39,260 bases of DNA, taken from Jimgerdemannia flammicorona. Lineage: Eukaryota. Made by a program: the position numbers and the translations under genes. The first letter of the stretch is position 1. The number at the start of each line of letters is the position of its first letter. The notes beneath the pieces are model-generated. The model ran no database searches. It was not told the origin of the DNA and was given only the letters and a program-made list of their open reading frames with translations. The stretch covers positions 1 to 39,260 of the forward strand of contig RBNJ01000146.1 in the NCBI GenBank assembly GCA_003990765.1, given 5' to 3'. This document shows positions 10,774 through 20,751 of this stretch, piece after piece.

Positions 10774-12789
10774 ATGTCATCAAGCAAGAGTGTGCTGGGT
10801 CAGATGGACATGGGGCTTTTGGCTGGCAGAAGGTGGGGGAGGTTTTGGACTAGGGATGGGGGCTTTTGGAGGATCAAAGGTAGGAGAAGGCTCTGGAGGT
10901 GGACTGGTGTCTGGTGGATCTGGAGGAAGGTCTGGTCTCTCCAGCTTTGCTGACAAGGTGAAGGTGGGTGGATGGCCTACTGAGACAAGAGCTGGCACTG
11001 CTGAGGAGAAGGGCAAGGCTAGTGTCAGGAGGGGAAGTGGCCCTCAGGGGGGAGCAGTGAGCATAGGGGCTGGTGGTGCTGTGGCTGGGGGTATGACTGT
11101 TGATAGGAGTGTGATGGGGGATCAGGAAAAAAAAAGAGATGTGATAGCTGATGGTAGAGTGGGGCAGAGGTTCCCAATGCAGAAGGGAGACCTGACCAAT
11201 GGTATAACGGGGCTGGTGGTGGCACTATTACTCAAGAAATCGATCTCAGAGTTTGTGGCAACACTGTGCTTCTGAGGCTTAGGGATGATGGCAAGGATGG
11301 TCTTAGGGCTTATCTTGAAGCAGGTGGCTGGGGCAGCTTTGGTGAAATTCCTGAAGGGTCTGGAGGGGGTTGAGGTGGGCTTTGAGAAGGCAGGCCCACT
11401 GGAAGAGATGCTGAGGGCTGGAGTGGCAGTTGGGGAGGTGGTAGTCCCTATGGTGCACTGTTTGAGGTAGGACCCCAGGGTGGTACAGCTGCTGGTGAAG
11501 GGGGTGCCCACAGTGACAAAGGAGGAGATGAGGAGGAGGGTAGAAGAGGTGATGGTGGAGTATAGGGATGTAGTGGATATTGGCTTCCAGGTGTGGGAAG
11601 AGATGATGATTAGAACAGGTGATGTTGATGTCAGGATTCGGCTAGTAGGGAGGGAGGCCACAGGGAAGGCAGGTGACTGGCCCTCAGTGCTGATGTGGGG
11701 GGCTTTTATTTGTAAGGTATCGAGGGTGAAGGGGAGTGAGGAGGAGGAGGAGGATTTGTTGGAAGCATTGGAGGAGATAAGTAGTACAGTGGAATAGTGG
11801 GCAAAGGCCTGGAAGCTCTATGAGGAGTCAACGCACCTGGAGATTGTCGAGAGGAAGTGTATCCACACTGACAAGAGGCAGTGGGAGCAGGCCCAGGGGC
11901 GGTTGAGGTAGAGGGAGCTCTTGGCAAGTATGACAGGAGGGGAGAAGAGGAAGGTAGATGGGGCTGAGGGGTCTGGAGGCATCGAGGCCAGTGTGTGGGC
12001 TAGTAAAGGAGGAAAGAAGGCAGTGGTGACCAAAGAATGGGCTGCAAAGGTGCTGGGTAAGGATCCTTATGCAGATGGTACTTTTGAGGTCTGGGAGGAG
12101 GAGTTGGATAACACCCCCCCCCCACTTGTCAGGAGGGGCCCAGTGGGGCAAAGAGGGGCAGTGGAAGATGTTTCGATGCAGAGGGCCCAGTGAGTTACCT
12201 TTGGGGTCCCAGATGTAGTGAAAGGGGGCCAGGTGGTGGTGGTTGGTGAGGATGAGCTGGTGGATATCCCAGAGGAGGAGTGGAATGAGGATGCCAGTGT
12301 AGGTGCTGATACTATGATGCTGGATGCAGGGCAGCCAGGGACCCCTGAAGGGAAGGAGATTGGGAATTAGCTGTGGATGAGCAAGGTGATGGATAACCTT
12401 ACAGCTGAGGTGTTGGGGGAAGTAGATCTGAGGGTCATGCTAGAGGAGCACTGGGCATGGATTCTGTGAGGTGATGGAGTAGTGGATACACTGAAGATGG
12501 AGATTCTTACAATATTACTGGAAGAAGAGAGTTATGAGGTAGATGAGGTGAGAAGGCAGAGCTGGTGGTTGTCGCTGGTGAGCGGGCTGCCTACTGTTAG
12601 GCAGAATGTCATGGTTTGCAGTTCTGGCAGAATGCCTGTGGAGAGTATTGAGAGGACTTTGAGGAGAAAGAGGATGGGGTAATGGTTGAACTTCTGGAGG
12701 GGTTGGAGGCACAGGGAGTTGAGAAGAAGGAACTGGCTGTGGAACACATCTTGGATTTGGCACAGAAGAACTTAGGTGCAGATTTCTAG
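10774..12789 (+). pseudogene. LINE ORF1 (RRM-like core), decayed
   Basis: LLLKKSISEF...KFLKGLEGVEVGF...GVPTVTKE...IRTGDVDVRIRL, colinear with 30931-32845. The start is approximate. Confidence 0.8.
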
Positions 12790-12820
12790 AGGAGAGGTTT
12801 AATCTTTAACAATATTCCTC

Positions 12821-13892
12821 ATGAATAGTACAACTAACATTTTCTTGCTCAATGTGAATGGTCTTTGAGGATCTGGACAGTGTAAGAACATTTTTATATA
12901 GCTAAAGAGATTGGAGGCTGATCTCGTTTTACTGCAGGATGTATGATATGAGGATGAGGATGATCGAGTAGAATGGACTAGGGAATGGGGTGGGGCTGTC
13001 GCTTGGTTTGGAAAGGTGGCAATTCTGGTAAAGAAGGGTAGAGGAGATTTAGAGGGAATTAGGAACTGGGGAAATCGATTGGTCTGGGATGAATGGCACT
13101 GGCCAGGGTGGGAATTAGTGAGGGTGGGCTCTTGTTACTGCCTGGCTGCTAGGAGAGAGAGGATTGTGTAGGTTAAGGAGCTACTGGAGGAGAGCATTCT
13201 CTTGGAGGAAGGGGTCGATGTTCTTGGTGGTGATTTTAATATAGTTCAAGATTTGCGGCTAGATAGGACTGATGGAGGGAGGAATGCAGGTGGGAGAAGT
13301 GGTGGTCTAGATATATGGGAGGAGGTGAAAAACCTTAGCTCCTTAGGGGATATGGGCCAAACATGGTGGGGCAACTCCCGGGTCTACACATACTGGGTGA
13401 ATGGCTTAGAGACAAGGATTGACTGGATTCTGACAGCTGAATGTTGGGGTGCTGATGTCTGGAAGACTTTGGAGGTGGTGTGGTGCCTATGGTCTGATCA
13501 CTGGAGACTGTTTGGATAGGGGCAGTTTGGGAGGAGTAGAGATGGACCTGGATATTGACATCTTAACTCCTCTCTGCTGGCTGAGAAGGGGTTGTGGGAC
13601 TCATGGGTGGAGGACATCCAGGCAAAGATTTCACTTTGGAGGCAGGAGGGTTTATCTGTGGGTATCTGTTGGATGAGATTGAAGGAGGCTACAAGGGTGT
13701 ATTGGGGTGGAACTGGTAGAGAGGCAGGGAGATGGAGGAGGAGGCAAATATAGGGTGCTTCAAATAGGCTGAGGAGATTGCAGTCAGAGTGGGCAGATTT
13801 GCTTATGTCTGATGAGGTGGTGGATTAGAGGTTAGAAAGGGCGAAATTGGAAGTAGTTGAACTGCAACAGGTGTTGAGAGAGGAGGAGGAGA
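12821..13892 (+). pseudogene. LINE ORF2 N-terminus: apurinic-like (APE) endonuclease
   Basis: LNVNGL, LLQD, GGDFN, RIDW and SDH motifs. Confidence 0.92.
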
Positions 13893-15491
13893 CTTATGCT
13901 GAGAACCACTAGGTCTAGCACTGGCTGGGTCCCAATCCCACAGTAAGAACAAGCCTCCATCCCTGTCCAAGTAGCTGAAAGACATGTCAGCACCTATCTA
14001 CATGGAGATATTAGAGGACAAAAAGCGAAAATCCTCATAGATACAGGAGCAGCTGTCTGTGTCATTGCCAAACGATTCTTGGACACCCTGCAATGGCCCA
14101 TTGATGGACCATCCAATCTCAGCATCATAGTAGCAGATGGAGCCCGAACTCAACCCCTTGGAGAGGTATGAAATATCACCATCTCCCTTGGACACATTCA
14201 GTTCTCCATCCCCAAAGCTATTGTCACTGAAGCTGTCACCTATGACATGATTCTCAGCACCAACTGGATGAAGGAAATGAATGCAGTTGTTGACATCAGC
14301 CAACAAGTACTCAAGTTTGACTACCGAGGCAAGAAGTACAGAGTCAAGATAATCAGCTATGAGTAATCAAAGAAGAAGAAGAAGGTCACCATCCAGGAAG
14401 AATATGCCAGCAGTGAAGAATCTACCACAGAAGAAGAAGAAGAAGAATCTGAAGATGGAAATGATCCCAGACTTAATCCCTGAATTAACCTGGTGGATGA
14501 CAGACTAGAAGACAATGTGTGGGCCAAGAACACTATCCCTATCACCATTGGAGCCATCGCAGGAGAAGCCAAAGGATGCCCTATATGTCTCAAGAGACAC
14601 AAGTGTCCCAAGCACTCCTCCAAGATCATGGGAATAAGAAAATCACCTGGCACAGCCTGCCCAGAGTGCAGAAGGAAGAAGAAGAAATGCAGACATGTTC
14701 CAGAAACCCCTGCAACTGAAGCTGCAGAAGTACAAGCAATTTGGGGTCAAGAATCATCTGAGATAGAAGAAACTTCCAACCAAGAAGTTCCTGAACAAGA
14801 ACTACCTGAAGAAGAAGAGGTCCCAGAACTCATTCCCTGGGATGACCCTCACTGGACACCACTTGAAGACAATGACCCCTGGAATACAGAGGAAAGACCC
14901 AGTACTATCACCATTATCCTCAAGAAAGAAACCCACCAAGAGAAAGCTTTCTGGCTAGAAAGATGTCCACATCAAATGGTCTTCCACTCTCCCCAAGACT
15001 ACTGCTATCAGTGTCACCTATTGGACCAACAAGAAAGACAGAGACCCCAGAGACCAGAACCCCCAACTACTCTTGCACAGTCCACCACCTTTCAAGAGGT
15101 CACCACAAGGTTACAAAGTCGATTTAGGGGACAAGGCTTCTTCACTCAAACAGAAATATACCCCTTGTCTACCCTTCCCCCAATCTATGATCAAGATGGA
15201 TACTGATTCCCAAGTCAACAAGAGATCAACAGCCAGGAACACCATTTCTGGGCAATGGTATATTGCAACCATGGAAGACACCCTGATTGCTGAGACTGCA
15301 GACATCAGAAGATTCACCTCAGTCATGATGTTGCAGTACATACCTTGAAGAGAGGAGATAACCAAAGCCAGATCTGAAAAAGTCAGATTCGAAAAAGCCA
15401 GACCAAGAAGCCTGGAAAAAGAATTCTCAAGATCTATGATTTGGGAGAAGACATCCTAGCTCTCATCAGACATATAACCCACCAAGAATGA
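13893..15491 (+). pseudogene. Retropepsin protease fused in frame to acidic and Cys/His-rich segments
   Basis: ILIDTGAAVCVI (codon ATC at 14031) and YDMILSTNWM are in the same frame as ORF 14493-15206. Internal stops are TGA/TAA/TAG, explicable by single transitions. The start is approximate. Confidence 0.8.
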
Positions 15492-15937
15492 GCAGAAGAT
15501 GCCATCAACTTCATAGAAGCCCCCTTCAAAGGATCCAAGCTCATCAAAAAAATCTCACCTTGACCAGATGCCTACTACAAGTCCACCAACTGTAGGTCTA
15601 TTATGCAATCAGTGAACAATTGCAGAACCTCCCAGCCCCAGAACAGACCTACATCAGGAATACCACAGGTCTGATGAGAAGAGACACTACTGCCACAGAC
15701 AGACTATACACCATTTACAAACAAAACATCACAGCCCTGATACAAGCACAATTCTCCCTGAATGATATTCAAGGGATGAACCCTGTTACCTATTTGAGTA
15801 TCATCAACTCTGTCGAAATCCTATTTCCTGAAGAAGAAGAAGAGCCTATAGAATGGAGTGACCCCAGTACAGACAATGAAGATAATGAAACAGGTATAGA
15901 TGCAGAAGCAGTCTATGCTTATTGGGATGATGACTGA
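15488..15937 (+). pseudogene. ORF3 (149 codons, one internal TAG)
   Basis: ATG overlaps the upstream TGA (ATGA at 15488-15491). MSRRCHQLHRSPLQRIQAHQKNLTL...AYWDDD*. From residue 11 it is near-identical to the 9369-9884 copy. Confidence 0.82.
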
Positions 15938-15976
15938 AGAATAGTCTGGGACAGACTACCCTTCAGTGGGGGCTGA

Positions 15977-17247
15977 TGTAACAAGCCAAGACATATCACC
16001 TGAATTATATGTTAACCAGATGATGCGAACAAGATGATGTGAATACACAGCTTAGTAACCAGCAACCATTGCTGTAGAAAACTGTATAAATAGCCAGACA
16101 TACTAGAAAGGGTCTGTTTACTTGTACAGACTCTGTATACCATACAGACTCTGTACACTGTATAGGTCCTGTACACCATACAGACTCTGTACACCTGCCA
16201 TAAGTAGCAGATCTATAGTTAGCCACATAGTAACTAGATAGCAACCAACTTGTATAAATTACCCCAGAGACAAGAGTGAATAAACCTCAGTCCGAATTGA
16301 AGTGCAAACCAAAGAAGCCTCTAAAGATTGAGCAATTGGTCCCCTTATTCCCACTCCGGTCCACTTTCTGATATAAAGATTGATTGGTTCGCTTGCCAGA
16401 TAAGCCTGAAGATTCCACCTAAGAGAAAGCTGCCTTGCTCAAGCCAGTTTCTGATGCAACTTTGCAGTAATTCATCATACAAATAAAGCCAGTCTTAAAC
16501 ATAACTTTGCCAAGAGACCCTTTTCCAGAAGAGCCCACCGATTCAGGAGAATCTGCATCATCCACCACCTTTTGAGTTATCTGCCATATTTCTAGTTGAA
16601 GCCACTGATTTAGAAGAATCCATACCATCTGAGTTAATTCCCAGTTGAAGTTGCCATTTCCAAGAAGACTGCCAATTCAGGAAGAATCTGCATCATCTGC
16701 TATCTTCAAGTTATCCACATTCTCAGAGAACCCGTGCCACCTGAGTTATTGTTCCCAGAAGAGCCCGATTCGTGCCATCTGAGCTATTCATTGTTCTCAG
16801 TGAGCCAAATCGAGTTACCCACCAAATTATCAGAATATCCTGCATAAGGAATCTGCCATGCTATACAAGAGATCATCGCACTACACAGAAATCATCATAT
16901 AGAAACCATATAAGGAGAACTACTAAATTGCCAGATCATCATGCATAAATCAGAGATCGTCACTCAAGAAGGAAACTGCTCACACTACACACAAAATTCT
17001 GCCATTCCTAGTTGACCCAAAAAGGAAACCCGTTCACATACATACAAATCACTGCTACACCCAGAGAACAGTCTCAATAAGGAAATCACTTGCAGATATC
17101 TAGCTTTGACTATTATACTGCTAAACACCAAGGACCTCAGGAATCTTAGAATATTTTGTTGCTTTTTGACAAAGTAACTGGGGGCTCAAGCCAAGCTACA
17201 TCAACCCCCAACCTTATAATTTGCCTCCATTGAGCCGGCACATTACA
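15977..17247 (+). repeat. Family B LTR (1271 bp)
   Basis: TGTAACA...CATTACA after the PPT, with TATAAATAG at ~16085 and AATAAA at ~16279. Confidence 0.9.
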
Positions 17248-19078
17248 GTATCTAGATTAGACCTCTCCAAGATCTCATATTTGTTTCTTATTTTGTAGAA
17301 GAGAATGTTATAGATTAGAGAGCCCCCACTGCTGCTGAATGAGATGAATAATATCATCCCACTAATTGGTGATATGCACAAAGCATACAAAATACATAAT
17401 ATATATAATGAGATAAATGAAATGTTTGCTGATCTCATCTCCTTTGAAGACATCCTGTCTACAATCTCTAGCCTTAATAATAGTGATGAAGATAAAGTCC
17501 CTATAGTTCTGAACTTTCTGCTCTAAGTTTTTAGTAACACTGGATTCTACCAGCATCCTTTTCCTATATAACTATTATTCTTCTAGTATTCTGATCCTGC
17601 ATAACTCATAATTCTTCTGGTATCCTTTTTCTATACTACTAAAATTCTACTGATATCTTAAACTTATGCAACTATTTATACAGACACTTGAACTTATACT
17701 TATAACTATAGTTTTCTGTATTTTATTTAGTTATTGAAATTTATATTTAGCTTTATAACTTAGTAACTATTGAATTATATTTTGTATAACCCTCTTATTT
17801 CCTTTGAAATAAAGTCAGTTCTAGTTCACTTACTCTCAATTCTATATAAGTAATCTAAAAGATAATAAGACAGTTTAAAGATAAGAAGTTTGAGAACTAT
17901 AAGACCTTAGGAAGATACTCTAATAAAAACTTGCTTATAACAAATTTGAGGTTAGTCTAAGAGATATATCTTAGAGAGAATCTGATATATTTGAAGGACT
18001 CAGTAACTACTATATAGTTAACCTATATTCAGATAATTCTTGAATACTTTAATATGAGCAATTATAAGCCTATTGATACTTTGATAGAGACTTCTATAAA
18101 GTTAAGAAAGTCTGACATTATACCTAAAGATGATGATAATATACTTGTTAAAAATACTACTACAAATATTCTCTATTAATAAACTATTAATTCTCTTATA
18201 TATCTTATTCTATAAATGAGATCTAATATATCCTATACTATTAATAAGTATGTAATATAGTATTGCTTATGCTATAATAACTTGTATATACTAATTAATA
18301 ATTAAGATAATTTTCAGATACTTAAAGAGATCTGTATATTATATACTTATATTGAACAGTAATATTGAATTGAACAAGAGCAATAGCAAGAGTAATAGTA
18401 GTTGGCTATCTAGTACTTGAGATACTGATAGGCTAGAGATCTTAATAATTATCAATTTATAGAAATATATATATAAAATAAGACTATATATCTGAAATAT
18501 CTCTCTATAGAGTATATGTATATATAATTATAGATTTACTCACCAAAGCTCTTCTAAGACTCAAATTCAAGCAATGCACTCATGAAATAAGTATTTTTAC
18601 CTATATACCTATAACAGAATAGCAAGTATATACTAGTAATAGATATATAATTATAGAATATTTTATGATGAAAAGAAAGTAGAAGAATAATAATATATTA
18701 CATCTCTCTCTCTTCAAGTATTATATTATATTATTATTCATTAGTCTATATCTTATTTCTTCTGCTATATTTGAGTTTTTTTATCAATAGAATCTATCTA
18801 TATATATTTTATTTTTACTCTATTTTCTTATAATTTAAGTATATATTGATAGCATCCTTTTAGTTCATCTATAGTTAGTTTGCAGTTATTACTTAGTTTA
18901 CTATATTCTTACTTATATATTATCTTATTAAGTAGAAGTATTGAAATTCTTATTATTTTATATCATAATAATTTATAATTTTTATTATCTATAATTATAC
19001 TAATTTCAATATATAAAAACATAAGTAACTCAGATTAATAAATAATACTCTTCTTTGCTCTACCACATATTTATAACA
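17248..19078 (+). mobile_element. Very decayed Ty1/Copia pol remnant (RT-RNase H) with 3' LTR (18939-19078)
   Basis: YIQIILEYFNMSNYKPIDTL, TINSLIYL..RSNISY, IFRYLKR and DLLTKAL are transition-eroded Copia motifs. The LTR resembles 1271-1432. The segment 17248-17850 is assigned only tentatively. Confidence 0.78.
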
Positions 19079-19079
19079 A

Positions 19080-19872
19080 AGTTATGTTAGTCAACTACTT
19101 CATTTATATAAATGAGTTCACTATGAAGATATATCTGACTAATTAGTTTTAGTTAAATAGGACAGACCTCTCTTTTTGGCAGACTTCTCTTTTGGTTTAA
19201 TCTGATAAGCAGATTAAAAATATTGCAAAATTCTCAAGTTCTTCTGGCTTAGTCTAGCAAGTATATTAAAATTAGATCTTCTTATATCGAAAAGTAGACT
19301 GGAGTATAAATTAAATATTAAGTTCTCTTACTTATAATATAAATTTTAGACTGAGATTTATTTACTCTTATTTTTAAGGTATTTTATATAAGTATAGTTA
19401 ATAACTAATTACTATATAACTAATTATAAAATACACAGTAAGACTAATTAGAAAGATGTGACCTGCTGTTCATAAGTAGAAATAGTATTTATAGATAAGA
19501 ATATATTTATAAGTAGAACAGATTTTATTCTATTTTAATATATTAGCTATTTATATAATAGATGATATAAGAGTAGCTATATTAAGTATTTTGTATATTA
19601 TCTGGTTATACTATAATATTTGCTCATTATATCAACTCTTACTAAAGAATAGTCTGTCCTCAGACTATTCTTTAGTTATTATTTCAATATTCATAAATAT
19701 CTTTGATATCTATTCTTATACCATCATCTTCTTCTATATCTGGGTCACTCTATTCAAGAAGTTCTTTCTCTTTCTCAGAAAATAGTACTTCTATACTATT
19801 AATAATTAACTGATAACTTTATTTATTTATTATATATTAGTTAAGTTGAATTAGATCTAAGTAAGAGTTAAG
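19080..19872 (-). mobile_element. Old family B-related element (B'): 3' LTR (~19080-19631), PPT region and ORF3 C-terminus
   Basis: 19632-19760 aligns with 9330-9460, and the conserved 42-bp LTR block is present at 19351-19392. Confidence 0.68.
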
Positions 19873-20289
19873 AGATTTCTTTATCTTAAATTCTTGTCTT
19901 TTTGACTCTGAGAGTCAGTAGTTCCTTGAGGTCAAATGTGTTTAAAGAGGTAATCCTGAAAGTCCCTTTATTGGTATACTTGTTCTTTTTCTAATACTTT
20001 CAATCTGAGGTTTATTCACTCAAAGATACTGGGTTATGTGGCTAAGTTATGAGTCATTTAACACTTTGTGAAATATTTTGCCAGTTGTGAAATGCTATAC
20101 TATATCGAGAAGCTTGATCTCACACTTTGCAAAATATTTCACCAGTTGCGAAATCGAGGACTGCTAACTATGTGGCTATACTACTTTGGAACTGGGTGTG
20201 ATCAAGTATCTGTTCTCTATTTCCTTCTTCCAAATCTGGCTATACCATCACAACTTCCTTCTAAATAGATGATCTTATCCCTGAGGCAT

Positions 20290-20751
20290 CTATTCAAACT
20301 CCCAGGCTTCAATAGTCTGTATGGTCTTGTACTATGCAATTTGTTACATTACTGTTTCCCAATGATATCGCCTGACTCGGTCAAAGTTTGAGGGAGTCAC
20401 TCCTCGCAGGTGGGCTAGTTCTGGTTCATTCTCTCAGAATAGCTTGTGGATTCTCTTAGTAATGGTGATCTGGGAATAGGAGAGCTGGCATTCTGCGATC
20501 TAATTTTCTTTGGTCATTTCTGGGTCTTGGTTGAGTATTTGGCCAAGTTTGAAGTACTCTTGAAATTCATTTCAATGCTGATAGGCCTTAAAGTGTGAGA
20601 TCTGAGAGAGATGAGTCTGCACGATACTTTAGATACTATTATAAGACTCCTCTATGGTCAGAGGCTTGGTAGTATACCATTGTCTCTCAATAGCTCTTTG
20701 GGCAGCACTAGTGATCTTGAGTACCATTGCAGTACTTTTGTTATTGGCCAT
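20290..20751 (-). pseudogene. ORF3 of family C (153 codons)
   Basis: ACCATGG start overlaps the pol TAA by 11 nt. MANNKSTAMVLK...FQEYFKLGQILN...LSYSQITITKRIHKLF...EAWEFE*. No frameshift, only transition-type stops. Confidence 0.8.

Larger units (their letters stand above)
10692..13892 (+). mobile_element. L1/Tx1-like LINE, 5' half (3'-truncated), adjoining family B integrase
   Basis: 5' UTR, ORF1 and the endonuclease are homologous to the complete LINE at 27150-32929. RT and poly(A) are absent. Confidence 0.9.
13893..17247 (+). mobile_element. Family B-related non-autonomous Gypsy derivative, 3' part: protease, Cys/His-rich region, ORF3, PPT, LTR; no RT/RH/INT
   Basis: The protease motif ILIDTGAA is followed in one frame to 15491. 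From 15513 onward the sequence aligns with family B 7857-9793. Confidence 0.82.

Noticed and set aside
16125-16196. Palindromic repeats as a CRISPR array
   Set aside because: The units are head-to-tail 18-mers without unique spacers, inside a eukaryotic LTR, and there are no cas genes.
4907-19078. One Copia element hosting everything between its two LTRs
   Set aside because: The flanks do not form a TSD (ACCAA vs AAGTT) and the 5' halves of the two LTRs differ. It is possible but unsupported.
19079-19095. Second PBS implying a tandem Copia arrangement
   Set aside because: AAGTTATG could equally be the decayed end of the B' LTR, and it is too short to decide.
20290-20751. ORF3 as an env gene
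   Set aside because: It is only ~150 aa and hydrophilic, with no visible signal peptide or transmembrane anchor.
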